The translations under genes were made by a program, and so were the position numbers. 64,000 nt of DNA, taken from Azolla caroliniana (lineage: Eukaryota > Plantae > Polypodiophyta). Shown here piece after piece: positions 11,241 through 25,420 of this stretch; within the stretch, counting starts at the first letter, position 1, and the number at the start of each line of letters is the position of its first letter. Where the stretch lies: NCBI GenBank assembly GCA_043228905.1, contig JBHGNT010000003.1:5828001-5892000 (forward strand). Direction: 5' to 3'. The notes below the pieces were generated by a model, which was given only the letters and a program-made list of their open reading frames with translations, made no database searches and was not told the DNA's origin.

Positions 11241-14200
11241 TTGGTGCTCCATCCATTTATTATACGTATATTATTTCTTGTTTTTGTTGGTGTGAGTTGC
11301 AAACATGAGTTAAGAAAATGGCATCACTAAAGTTAATTGATTATCAATATAAATTTCTAAACGTTGATTTTTGTATCATGAACATTGAATATGCATAGAT
11401 TATAACACAATGACAGTGATCATAATCATTGTATTCAGTCCTCTTTTTTTTCAAGAGAAATATCCTCCATTGGTAAGTCCAATATTACAAGCAATGTTCT
11501 AAAGCTGTGTTGAACGACCCTAACCAATCTTTATAGGTAAAGATAACGAAAAATAATCCTTGTAAAGTATTGGATGAGTAAAGAAAGTACAACCAAGTCA
11601 TACCATTCTCAAGATCAACGCAATATGAGTACTTACGCCTATGACTTGAATCAAACAATCTTTGCCAATGAACTCCTATGACTTGAATTGGAAAATCTTC
11701 ACCGATGACAACAAAGTGTAGTTTTGACCTTAGATAGCATTTTGTACGAATTGTATCTCATCAAATAATTTAATCTAAAACCTCCCAATTCATAGTAACA
11801 TTGGATGATGCCAAGGGAGGAGGTGCTGAAAGGCTTCTCCTTTCTTGAGAAAAGAAACCTTTGCTCTTGTGGATGTAAACCCACTAAAGGAGCTAGAATC
11901 ACCATTGCCTTCCATTCTCCAGATCAACAAGATGAAGATGAACGCAATATGAGTACTCACTTGAATCGGATAATCTTCGTTGATGAATGCCTATGACTTG
12001 AATCGGAAAATCTTCACCAACAAACTCCTATGACTGGAATCGGAAAAATCATTGCCTATGATAGCAACATGTAGGGGCTATTACCAAAATGTTATGTAAT
12101 TTTGCAATTCATCTCCACTCATCCATATAAAGAAGAATGGAAAAAATCTCCCCAAAATTGAAATTTAAGCAACCACATGATTAAGGCTCCCTGTCACTTC
12201 CTAAAAATGTTTCCTTCCAATAACATCATCCTTCTCTACCACAAACTTAAACTAAGAAGAAAGTTATTATTCTTTCCACGTACAAGGACGACTTCCCCAA
12301 GCAAAGCGGAATCATAAAACCTTATTGTCCTTATTCCCTCGTCCTTCCCATAATCCATCGTCTACACAATAAGAAGATGTGTGCAATCGTAATTTGCACC
12401 TATGTAATTCTATTATTATCAATCATTATGATAAATATGTTATAGCATTGACATATTGCTATTGAAACATAACCTAAGTTATCATTGGTTAGTCTAGGGA
12501 AAGTATGCTTAGTATCAAGATCTTGAGGCATACATTGTTGGAAATCTTGTATTGCTTAAAGACTCCTCAACGAATGGGTGAACTTGCAAAGTACATGTCT
12601 TATATTTCATTTTGTAATTTCAATAAGGTAATTCATATATAATCAATCATTGATGGTATCAACTAAAGTTCCAAAGGAAGTGTACAAACACAATGTTGTC
12701 ATTGTTTTGTAGCATCTAATCTCATCATAAGTAAAAGTAATCAAATTAATCCATCGGTATTTGATTGCTTATGTAGCTTAATTATGATTGTAAATCCAAT
12801 CAATTGACATATTGGATTTCTCGATTATGTTTAAATCAATTTATATATTACCTTTCTTAATGATGCTGAAATAAATTCATCAAGTATTATGACACTTCAT
12901 TATGGTTTATCCAATTAATACATGTAACTTATTTATTAGAATTGGAACACACAAAAGTTAATGGCAATGGCACATAAGATCTTGTTTTTTAATGTCGTGA
13001 TTAATGTAGCTATTTGAATATAGGTGAATTATTTCAATACGTGTGGACAAAGTGGATGCATGACTAGGAGAACATCAAGGACAATGATGGACACCTTGAT
13101 TAAGAAAAAGAAACCATCATCTCACATCAAGGTATACAATGATAATTACATTTATGACATAGACATCGATCAACCATTGTAATGTGATCATATGATAATG
13201 AAGAATGTAACTTGGTAATAGTAAGTGATTGTACATGCACACACTTGCATGAAAATTGAAATGGAGGATTATACAATACTCAAATATATGGCAATGCTAT
13301 GATACCTAATTAACGTCAAAACTCTCTAATTAATATCATTGTTATTGTTCATTATATCCCTAACATCAAAGAGAGATAGTTTGGCATTTCTTTGGATATG
13401 CATGGATGAGAAGAAGAATTACCCTCATACCAACGTTTGGCGTAATATCATACACGTTGATCCATTTTTTTCATTTAATTTTGCAAACGCGCTTTAGATC
13501 AAGATAAATTGGCAATCTACAACTTGAATCCAACTACTCTTGTTTTTTCACAAAGCCTCAAAAGAATAATGATGTTGTAATCTGCCCACAATTTATTACC
13601 CCATCATTTTCAACCCTTTGCTTTTGGAAAGTGAATTTGTAAAGCTAGTTTTCAAAGTATAAAAGTGGTGATACCATCACATGGATACCATCACATAGGA
13701 AATGATATCACATTACTTGTTCACGGGTAATCTATTCCTTTTGTGTTGCATCCATTATCCAATCAAATTTCTATTTTTTGAATAAGAAGTAAAACCCATA
13801 GTTGTTAGCTTTTCTAGTTGTGTTTTGATTCAAGACGTCTCCCGAAGAGATATTGAACGAATGACCCCTTACATTTCAATCAATTCGTAGAGAAATTTAA
13901 TCCCCTTATCAAACCCATTGAATCCATGATCTCTCTTCTCCACCTTTGGGTTGAAAACTTTAATCTCTGTATCTAACTTGTTTGACTCATAACCTTTGCT
14001 TTCCCCTTCAATTGGGTACAATGTATCGTCATGGTATCCAACAACTCTTATCCATTGTGTCAATGTTTTCATACCTTAACTAATCATAGTTTCACACCAA
14101 TCCTTACATTGTCCATGTGGTCAATACATTTCTAATACACATTTGTCATTCTTTAAATGTAGATTTAGACACATACACCCTTGATTCACACAACACATTC

Positions 14201-17070
14201 ATGTTAATGTTCTTTAAATGCTACCATTTATTCATACATTAAGTTGCTTTGTCAAGGGTATTTACGTTTTAAATGAAGATTCATGCATGCAAATTGTAAT
14301 TCACATCGATTGTCTAATGAGAAAAATTGTCATAAGGTATTTGTTTGGATTTGTTCTCAAGCACAAATCCTTTCACAATATATATTATATTGTTCATAAT
14401 GTCGTTAAACTATGAAAAGAGCGTTTACATGTTAGAGTAGATGCATTAAAATATGAGTTACAAATATGGCCACCAAATGTATTAAGAAACATAACAAACA
14501 TAAATGGAGTAGAAGAGGAAACACCTAAAGAACCGACATGGATTAGAAATTGTTTGAAGAAAAATTTGCTCATACTAAATAGTCCATAGTAATTGCAATG
14601 CATTGAAAAAAGATGGCAAAGAGCTCAATATTTATGGACAAAATGCAAAACTAACTTTAAAACCTAGTTAACAAGAACAACATAGACAATGGATAACTTG
14701 CTATAGCGTAAGTATTGGATGGGAAAAATCTAACATTGCCTTTGCATAGACAAACTCTCTCTCTCTCTCTCTCTCTCTTCAATTGATGAATTTATAATTT
14801 CTAAGTTAGGACAATTTCACAACTACCATAAATGTAGCCTACCAATAATACAAGCGTAAATAGTGTTAAGGACCCCATATGGTGGAAAACAAGAGTCACA
14901 TTGATTGTGCTAATTTAAACACTTGAATGTCTCTTAATTTGTACACCATGTGGTTATGGCCCATGGGACACCTCAATGTGGGGTCGGTCATGCCAAGCAT
15001 GATAGAGCTAGTAATCCATCCTTGAAATGAGAGGGCATTTGGGGCTACCAGTAGGTCCCCACTCAAACGATGTGTGATTCCTAAAATATTTGACACATTG
15101 ATGTATTGTGCGCAATCAATGGGTGAAGTGAAATCAAAGTAACATTCATTCGATGCTTTGTAAGAGACAATCGTTGTGCTTGTGATTTAGGCTCTCACAT
15201 CGAGTTAACATTTGTTGTACACTACATTCTTTTTTTCTATAAATGCTTATATTAATTGGTATTATCTGCCATACCCCATTTTTCTATGTAAGCTACTAAT
15301 TCACTGAATGTGATTGCTAGTACAAAAGAGATTTGAGAAGTTTATACTTGGGATGATTTGACATGATTTTCCCTTTGGATGAGTTACTCAACGAAAATAA
15401 TCTTAAACCAATTGGAGGAGATACCCTTAAAAAATTCACGTCGCTTATGGAATTTCATTAAAAAGTACACAATGGTTGAAAGTATTTTCTTGGGTGCATG
15501 TGTAAGACAATGATTTCTCCATTCATACAAATTGCCCATTGTGGCTTGTGGGGGGATTAAGGTAAAGGGGATATTACTTGTTTATTTGCCTCCACAAGTT
15601 CTTTTCTCATAATTGCCTACCATTTATTCACAAGCCACATGCCACATTAACTTGCCATGTTCTTAACTCAATTCTATGTGACTTCCATGCTTCTTCTTGG
15701 GTTGCTATGCACTCCATTATCTTGCTTATAAGTGATTTGTGAAGAGAATTGGTCTTTTAGATCTTGAATCAAATGTGAAGGCATTCTATTCTAATATTGC
15801 ATTAAGATGTAAATATTCGAATACATTCATGAGTTTATAGCTAGCAATATATCATTTTGTGGATCCTTAACCATGGGTAACATTTTGGAAGGAAGACTTT
15901 TTCATAATTTATGGTGTAAAAGAAATGCTTTATACCTAAAATCATTACTTTGACTATTGTTCGAGGACCACTACGTTTTTCGTCGTATCATTTAGTGATT
16001 GGGCACACATCAAATCATCCACTAACCTAAATTGTGACAAGTTGATGGCACATGGCAAAAAAGTACACAACTTGAATTCTCAATAAAATCATCCAATAAG
16101 ATATCTCAGTGAAATAGAATTTTGGTAGATTTGCCATTACTTTCATTACTTTAACCCAAAATGTGGCATGTCCCTATTCTATAACCTTTAGGGGTTGGGC
16201 AAGCCCATCAAAACAAGCTTGGACCTAGATAATTGGATTCAAACAAGTTACACCAACTTATTTTTTACGTTGAATGATTTGGCAAGAACCTTTCCCCCAC
16301 AAAGAAGCCTTTGAATGTTGATTGAGATTTGAATAGAAAATAGCCACCATTGTGGTCATTGGTTGGCCTTGTGATCTAGCACGTTAGGGGGTCAAAATTT
16401 TAAGATTTGATAAACAAATGATCAAAGTAGCATTCTTTAAGTGCTCATAATGTGCTAATTTCACCAAATGTCAAGACTAGGGCATATAGAAGAAGCAATT
16501 TCAGTGAACTAGTGGTACATGGTTTGAATTCTAAAATGGCATCAGGCTCTTAAAAGACTTGTCTAACACCTTAGGTTTGCATGTAGATTGATATGCATGG
16601 ACTCACCTATCCATCATCAATGTACCGTGTCATAAATAATAAGATCAAGTTGGTATAAAAGAGTAGCCCACATCAAATAATCATGTTGGTGAAGGGGAGT
16701 GAAGAAAGTATACCAAGATGAAATGTCTGAAATGTAGGCTGAAATCAGATCTAAAACCTTATGCAACCACATTCACGGGCAGTATTCATTGTACTAATGG
16801 ACTATTTTAATACCAATGGAGGATATAATTTATGGAAAATAAAAATAATCATGTTGGTGAGATCAAGTTGGTTAAGAAAAGTAGTCTATCTTGACAATCA
16901 ATATCATAATCATGACTTGCATGGGGAATAAGATCAAGTAAGTGATGCTTAGACATCATCAAAGTCGAGGTATTGCATTGGCGCTTTGATCCTTGCTACA
17001 GGGTCCATGCTTACTCACAAAGAACAACCATGAAACAATCCACCCTCTTGTGAATTGTGAAACAATCACA

Positions 17071-17870
17071 TTGTATTTACTTGACATCAATTATTATACA
17101 TGTGCTTAATGGTCAATGTCCACGATGCAAGCCATTCCACATGCGAGGTGGTAGGCAAATAACGAATGTCCTCTAAAGAAGAAGCAGATGATGAAGAAGA
17201 AGCGTTTGCATTGAGTATATGGCGTCCCATTGATGTAGGCACACGATCGAAGCATCAAATTGTATTTACTTGACATCAATTGCTATATACGCATCCTTAA
17301 CTTGCAATGGCGATGAGGCAAGCCATTCCACATGTGGCATGGTAGTCAAATAGTGAATGTCCTTTAAAGAAGAAGAAGAAACATTTGCATTGAGTATATA
17401 GTGTACCATTGATGTCGGCACATGATTGAAGCATCAAGTTGTATTTACTTGACATTGATTGGTGTATATATTTCCTTAACGCGCAACAACGATGAGGAAA
17501 GCCATTCCACATGTGACGTTGTGGGAAAATAACGAATGTCCTTTACAATATCCCATCGATGCAGTCTGATGAATGAAGCATCAAGTGGTATTTACTTGAC
17601 AACAATTGGTGTATACATTTCCTTAACGTTCAATGGTGGTGAGGCAAGCCATTCCATATGTGATGTTGTATGCTAATAGCCAATGTCCTATACAAAAGAA
17701 GAAGAAGTGTTTGCATCGAGTATATGGTGTGCCATCGATGCATGCACATGATCGAATCATCAAGTTGTATTTACTTGATATAGATTATTGGTATATACCT
17801 CTCCTTAGCGCTCAATGGCGACGAGGCAAGCAATGTTACACGTGAGATGGTAGGCAAACAACGAATGTTG
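17071..17870. repeat. Diverged tandem repeat of about 180 bp, about 4.5 copies
   Basis: TTGTATTTACTTGAC anchor at 17071, 17260, 17439, about 17586 and 17765. AAGCCATTCCACATG and ACGAATGTCC recur in most units. Confidence 0.9.
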
Positions 17871-18229
17871 TGGCTCAACACCGATGAGGTCAATTAGTGG
17901 GGGAATGGTCCAATCGCTCCTCTTCCCTCGCCTTCCTTTCAATAATTGGCGACATTGATGAGATCCATCAGGTGACATGATGATGTACATCGAAATCAAT
18001 GAACATGGAGCTGGCGTCGACACCTTTTATGAGATGTAAGGCATGTTTAGGTGATGGAGACCAATACGGTGCGAGGCTTTTCGGGCAGGACATGAAGTGG
18101 GTACGAGCCAATCGATCCGAAGCCATGTGAAGAGTTGGAAGAAGCTTTTGTCTTTGGACTCTTGCTCTCTAGATCTCATGGTGTGGAAGGCATGTATGTC
18201 CCCATCATAAATCACCAAGCTGTCTGACT

Positions 18230-18274
<45 letters not shown>

Positions 18275-18611
18275 CCCTGTTTCTTGGTGCTAGCATGTCA
18301 CCATCACCATGCCATGCCATGAGGCCTCAATATGAAAAAGGATCCATAGAAAGACATCTTCATATTCTGGGATAGAAACCTCTCACTCATTCCATATCTC
18401 TCTCATTCTCTCTGTATATATACATATATAAACCCCAACAAACAGAGGAAACAAATACAGGGATGCTTGATCCTTGGACACCATGTCTTCTTCATCAGCA
18501 TCATCATCATCATCATCATCATAATCTATTTGCTGCTCTTCTTTTTCTTCTCCTTGTGGATGGAGCAAAACATTCCCCTTTTACTGTACTATTGGTTTGA
18601 GAGTACTTCTT

Positions 18612-18646
<35 letters not shown>

Positions 18647-18727
18647 GTTCTTCTTCTTCCTCTTCTTTTAGGGTATCAAGGATAGCCCCATTTCAGAAAA
18701 CTGAGGCAAAATTGGAATACCAACAAT

Positions 18728-21700
18728 ATGTTTCAACCAACCAAATACAGTAGCGGGTTGTGCAGATTCCATAGAAATTGCACTAATTTTAGTAGGAAAA
18801 ATCCGCTAGTGTTAGTAGCATTGCTAACCCTAAGTTGTGTTTTACTTGGGTCGATGCAGCTTTTTTGTTCTGATCCGAGGTTTGATTCTGTTTCTTTAGA
18901 AGAAAAAGAGCTATATGAGAGTAAATTGAGGCCATCCATTGATCCTAAAAGATGGTATGGGAGTAGAGAAATTATGGCCAAACAAGGTGAAATCGTCCAC
19001 CGAAGGCAGAAAGCATTTGAAAAAGTGAGTGTCCTTCTTCCTAGTAATAAGAGAAATGTTGAAGATTTAGCTCATTTTCATAATGCAGTAAGTCATGTTA
19101 GTGTTAGTGGTAGCGGTAGCAGTATCAGTAGCAATAGCAATAGCTGGAGAAGTAGTGAAGATGAAGATAGAAGTAACGAGAGAATTGTTGAAGAAACTAG
19201 TTATTTTCAGAATGCAAGAAGTATTAGTGAGCACAATAATGAAATAGAGATTGGCACAAAAGAGAGGTCAAAGAAGATAACTTCTTCTTTTTCTCATCCT
19301 AATGAGAGAATCTCTGTTGAAGAATCTAGCCATTCACATATTGCAAGAAGTATTAGTTCTGATGAAGATAGACCATACATTCACACAAAAAGTAACCATG
19401 GCCCTGGAAATCCTATAAAACTACACAAGATTTTTCCTCATGTCCAAGGGTCAAAGAAGATAACTTCTTCCTCTTTTTCTCATCCTAATGAGGGAATTGT
19501 TGTTGAAGAATCGATCCATTCACATGCTACGAGAAGTTTTAGTTCCAATGAAAATAGACCATACATCCACACAAAAGGTAGCCATGGCCATGGAAAACCC
19601 GTGAAACAAGAGAGGATTTTTCCTCATGATCAAGGCTCGATGAAGCTAACTTCTTCTTCCTTCTCTCATCCTAATGAGAGAACTGTTATTGAAGAATCTA
19701 GCCATTTGCACTCAACAAGAAGTATTAGTTCGGATGAAGATAGACCATACATTCACTCAAAAACTAGCCATGCCCATGGAAATCCTATGCAACAAGTGAT
19801 GATTTTGCCTCGTGACCAAGATGTTTTATCTCTACGAGAGACAATAGCTTTGGCATGGATGAGAGGTGAAAAAGCATGGAAAGATATTGAATCCCTCTCA
19901 AAAGAACCCACTTTCATACCATCTTTTCATGACAAAGGTGAGATACCATGTCCGAGATCAACTTTCATGGGAGAGAAGGAGATAAAAGAATCACATAACT
20001 TCATGAAGCTTCCATGTGGATTGACCCTTGGCTCATCCATATCGATGATTGGTGTGCCTTGGTCACCACATTATGAAGAGAAGCCACGAATTGGACACAT
20101 TTCTGAGGGTTCTCCAGTGTCAACACAGGTGTCTCAATTCGTTTTTGAGCTTCATGCTCCAGCTCCCAATGATTATGAGCATAAGGAGCCACCAAGGATT
20201 TTGCATATAAATCCAAGGTTGAAAGGTGATTGGAGTGGTAAACCAGTAATTGAACTAAATACATTCTTAAAGGGACGCTGGGGTAGGAGCCAACGATGCG
20301 ATGGCACAGCATCCTTATATCATGAAACAGGTCTGACTCTCTGTCTCTCTTGTATAAATAAAATTGTTTGGAGGAATGCATTATTATATGGTAGAGAATA
20401 GAAACCTCGTTTCATAGATCAAATAACTCCATATCACCAATCAATGATTATTTTCACTTATTTTCTTCATAACATGACATTGTGGTTGTCAATTTGTTTA
20501 TGCAAGTGGAGAGATTGCCAAAGTGTGAGAAATGGCTTCAGAAGGACGATGATGGAAAAGAGTCATCTTGGTGGCTGGCGAAATTCATTGAAAAAATTGA
20601 GAAGCCTGAATCAAGCTCGAAATTCCCATTCTCTGAGAATAATTCCTTCATTATGACAATAAGGGCAGGATTAGAAGGTTACCACATGAGTGTAGATGGA
20701 AAGCATGTTGCGTCATTTCCCTATACCACAGTAAGTTTGTTTCAATGGCTTATTTTAAAAAAATTGTATTTACATTGCTATCGGTTTACATGTGTGATCC
20801 TGATGGCTGAAATTATTTATAAATAAAGGGAATAGATCTGATTGTATATTCTTGTGGGCATTTCTTATACTTCCATATTATTTCATTTGTGGAAAAAGAA
20901 AACGATGGCAGGTTAATAAAGAAACTTTTCCCTAATACTTGATGACAATAATGACTTATTGTAATCAAGCATTGTTAAAATATATTTGAGTTTTTTTTTC
21001 TAGTTCATATGCATGTCATGCTCCTCATAATTTGGTAAGGTACATCAAAATTGAAGACAATGGGCTTTTAATAGTAATACTGAAGTGATGTCCATCAAAG
21101 TGGTCTCTATTATGTTGAGGAATGATTAATAATGAGGGATTTTTCTAACTGTTATAAGCAGGAGATATGAATGACTCGTTTGTGTGTGTCTATTGTGAAT
21201 AAAAACTTGATGAACTTCAGGATCTACAACTTAGGGTGAATGCCTCATTAATGGTGTTTTGACAAACTGATAGGCATATATGTTCTTAGATTTATAACAA
21301 TTTAGCTTTACAAGACTTTATTAATAATATTTTGTTTAGACACATGGGATCTAAAGCTTTTCAAATAGATATCTACCAAAATGATAAGCTTTATTTTGGA
21401 GGGACTACATTGAAGACAATGTCCATTAAGCAAGGACTACGATGATTTGAGTCATAGGGAATCATGATGATTAATTGATTGACTGATTTCGTACGAGAAA
21501 AGCTGAAATGCCTGTGAGTTTCTTTGTTTCTTGAAACATCGTTGGCAAACTCCACTCTCTTTTATTGACTTTTTGAGATGATAACAAAGTCTATCTACCC
21601 ATCTATCTTTCTCCCTTTTTCTTTTCCCTCCCCCTCCTCTTCTCTTGGTTTCTCAGTGTGGTAGTGTATCCACTTACACTCTCTCTCTAAAATTGATTGG

Positions 21701-23550
21701 AAAGAATAAATACAGAGAGAGTTTTGAAAAAGACAAAAAGAGATAATGGGCACGCTGAAAAGGAGAAAAAAGGCACAGAGAGATAGAGAAAAAGGTACAG
21801 AGAGAAAGAAAGGTAAGATTAAGAGAGGGGGGGGGGGGGGGGGGAGCTGACTAAAAGGCTTTTGGAGGAATAAATGAAAGCTCAGGGATATTTCAGAGCT
21901 TTCACCTTATTCTGATACGATCAAGTGATGTATTTCAGGGTCTCCTTGAAGAGGTTACATCTTGTTTATATGTGAAATAAACAAAAACTAGGGGATATGT
22001 TTAAACCTGATGCAATTGATAGATGTATTTCAGGGCCTCCTTGAGGAAGTTACGTCAGGTTTATATGTCGGAGGCAATATAGACATCCGAGCTATGATTG
22101 CGACAGCTTTGCCATCTCTCCCTCCCAAAAGTCTTTACGAGAAAATCTTTGAGAAGTGGCAACTATGGAAAGCACCGAAGCTACCAAAGGGTCCCATTGA
22201 TCTCTTTATTGGTGTGCTCTCTGCCCCTGACCACTTTACTCAAAGGTTGGCTATTCGATCTGCTTGGTTTCAAACAAAATCAATTATGTCATCGGATGTA
22301 GTCGCTCGATTTTTTGTTGCCATGGTGCGTATGAACTCAATAAAAATTCTAATCTTTGCATTGTATGCCAAAGAGATAAAAAGAACTTAGGAACACCTAC
22401 AGATTTTTCTTTATTTCCCAATGTGCCCTTGGCCAATTCCCTCGGTCAACCCCCTCTCGAGCAGTTATGTGATATTTGAACAATTTAAATGTGTTCAATT
22501 CATCCCCCTTTTTCTCTCTTTTGGGGATTGACTGTGGGCACGTGGGGAAATAAAGAAAAACACAGGTAGTTCAAAGTTTTTCCCTTATGCTAATGTGTGC
22601 CCATTTTTTATCTCCTTTTAGCAGCATCAGGACAAGGATGTTAATCTCCAAATGAAAAAAGAAGCCGAGCATTATGGTGATATGGTGATATTGCCTTTTA
22701 TGGATGAGTATAATCTTGTGGTGCTCAAGACCTTGGCAATATGTGAATATGGTGTATGTATTCTTAATATTCTTATATCATGAGGTTTGCATAAGCTGCT
22801 GTAAATAGTTTTTTTGAGTAAATATGGTTATAATTGTTTGACATAGGTCAACAATGTGTCAACCAATTATATAATGAAATGTGACGACGATACATTTGTT
22901 CGGGTAGACGCAGTTCTGAAGGAGCTGAAAATGGTCCCCAGAGATAAGGATTTGTACATGGGAAACTTGAACATGCATCATAGGCCCTTGCGAACAGGGA
23001 AATGGGCAGTTACTTTTGAGGTACAAATAGTTGATATATATGCAAGTGTGTTCACAATGAGGCTTCTCTTTTATATCTAGTCATCTAATTTGCATTGAAA
23101 TGAAAATAGATATTTTTTACTGAGACACAATATGATACAGGAATGGCCTGATGAGGCATACCCGACATATGCTAATGGTGCTGGATATATAATTTCAACA
23201 AACATTTCAAGATTTGTTGTGTCTGAAAGGAGACAAAGGACACTCGAGGTATTTAGCTTAAAAGGTGTTGTCTCTGAGTCTTTTCACCAGGGCCTCATGA
23301 ATTGTTGTCATGACCTTATTGTTCATGCATTTTGTACTAGCTATTCAAAATGGAGGATGTTAGCATGGGACTATGGGTTCATCAATTTCGGCTAGGTGGT
23401 GGACAAGTCAACTATGCTAACAATTGGAAGTTCTATCAAGCTGGATGTGGGAATGGGTACATATCAGCTCATTATCAATCCCCTCAGCAAATGGTATGTT
23501 TACATCAAAAGTTATCTCGAGGGGACATCCAATGTTGTAATTATATGTAA
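18728..23550 (+). CDS. GALT: Hydroxyproline O-galactosyltransferase (GT31, galectin + galactosyl-T domain; GALT2-6-like). Exons 18728-20330, 20507-20730, 22034-22324, 22625-22753, 22847-23020, 23141-23248, 23341-23550; 912 aa
   Basis: N-terminal TM ([15 protein letters not shown]), [11 protein letters not shown] and galectin [28 protein letters not shown]...R-AIR-AW, KCDDD (DXD) and FKMEDVSMG. All introns are GT-AG and the phases close into one ORF. Confidence 0.93.
19268..19818 (+). repeat. Three in-frame 183-186 bp (61-62 aa) tandem repeats in GALT exon 1
   Basis: S(K/M)K(I/L)TSS(S)FSHPNE...EES-H-H--RS-SS-E-RPYIH-K--H--G-P at 19268, 19451 and 19637. Confidence 0.93.
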
Positions 23551-24772
23551 AGAAAGCATTCCAAAGGACGTGTCTATTTGAGTGATAATACTTCATATAA
23601 TCCTCATATATGGAATCCATTTTAACTAATCATGGATGTCTTGGGGAAATGCTATGTATTATGTATTGGAAGATTTCCTGTGGGGACATCCACTGGTGTA
23701 ATTACTGTTGAGAAACGGCAGCCTTAAAGTGACAACTCATGTAAAGATACCACATTCTTTAATTCATTTCTCCTGTTTCAACTTTTTCATTTCTTGAAGA
23801 GAGTTTCAAGTGTAGTAAGATGGCAAACAAAGTCAAAGGTTCTCAACTTGGCACATCTTTGAATGTTTCATAAAATAACAACTCCTTGTTTTCCATGAAT
23901 CATAATAAATAAATAAAATCCCGTGCTAACACAGCTCAAGGATTCTACGTGAGGAGATGCGATCATTGACAAAGGCTGCAACTCTCTTTATTGCTAAAGG
24001 TTATATCCTGTAAAGCACTAGATAGGTTCAATCCTTTTGGTGGGATATGGTGTTCTCATTCCCTTGCTGAAATGGAAGACCTATTCACTGCAAACCTTTA
24101 GTCCTGATTTTATCTTCCGAATCAGTTTAACTATATTGGCCTTGTTAGGATTGAAGACAAGCAACCTACGTGTTTTCTCTTTGAGGTAATTTGAGCACAT
24201 ACAACTTTACACCCATTTTCATGGATAAAAATTTGGAAAAGCAATAGACCCATTACAAACTATTATCCAAGCTTGGGACAAATGCATAGGCTGATTCGGA
24301 AGCAATATTGGATGTTTGACAATGCATCAAAGGAATGGAAAAAGGCATCGATTTGATGGTCTGGTGCCCAAGTTGACATGTGTTTATGATGCTTCATGTG
24401 TCTTCTATCACCATCACCCTAGTAACGATAGTGCTCGCAAATTTATTTGTTGTTTGATTGCATATTGTAGGTGCATGGATAGGACCCACAGAATCATGTC
24501 GGATGAAAAAGAGATAGATGGAAGCAACAACGAGTTTTTCATAGACTGCCCATGCGCATTAGAGTGAAGGAATGTATAGCAAAGAGGCAGCTCAAGCTAT
24601 TCTATTCTTGATTCTTCCTTCTATATTAGATCTCTTGCTGGTTCTTCACGTATTTATGTAATTTCATGTATTTTCCATCATTTTTTGTAGTTTCAGGAGA
24701 ATTTGAAACCCTAAACCTCGTTTTCTCTCGTCCTCAGTCTTATTCTTATTCTATATTTATATTTCTGCTACT

Positions 24773-25420
24773 ATGGAGGAGGTTGCAGTAAGCAAGGAAG
24801 TTGTGTCATCCTTGCTGCAACAAGTTCATCTACTTGCTCAATTATGCCAACAATTGCAAGAGAATATTCAAGAACTCAAAGAGTGGGTAGCTTCTGATGC
24901 ATCCGCATCCAGTTCTAAAATGAGACTATCAAAGTCTCAGCTGGAGAAATTTAATGGCTCTCAATCTAAGCTCTGGGGGGTCCTAAATTAAAATTTGATT
25001 GATTATGTTGCCCACCCTCATCTATGTCTTACAAAGTTCGTTCTCTTCACCAAGGGCCAGCATACGATAGATGCTACATTGGATAATGTTGCTCTTCGTT
25101 ATTGTTTCCAAAGGGGGGTCTTCAAGATTATGTGAAGGATATGTCATTCTATACAAGATCCTAAGACTTTGGAAGAGGCAATAGGGTTTGCAGATCATGG
25201 TGACAATTATCATTCTGAGATCAAGCAAGAAAGGAGTGATCAAACGAAACTTCAGTAGTACCAATAATACATGTTTCTGTTCCATCCAGTGCCTCTGAGT
25301 TAGGCAGTTCAATGTCGATGAAAATTGATCATGTTGTTCAAGGGTCTTTGCCTGCTTCCAAGAAAAAGAGATGCTCGAGAGAGCCTGATCATTTTTGCTA
25401 CTATGGCTGGTGTATCTTGG
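24773..25420 (+). mobile_element. Degenerate Ty3/gypsy gag relic
   Basis: EKFNGSQSKLWGVLN (PEKFDG-like), then KVRSLHQG and DNVALRYCFQRG-LQDYVKD across frameshifts. Confidence 0.6.

Noticed and set aside
12400-14620. Possible decayed coding region (transposase- or Helitron-like) on the minus strand
   Set aside because: Only short stop-ridden frames with no motif I can assign confidently. It would need a translated search (tBLASTn/HMM against TE proteins).
18383-18685. Poly-Asp, poly-His and poly-Ile ORFs upstream of GALT
   Set aside because: Translations of (CAT)n microsatellites in the leader or promoter.
21827-21844. Poly-G run (also 36594-36611) as a functional G-quadruplex
   Set aside because: Simple homopolymer expansions. 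The second lies in a dead LINE at its GGxG codons, and nothing supports a function.
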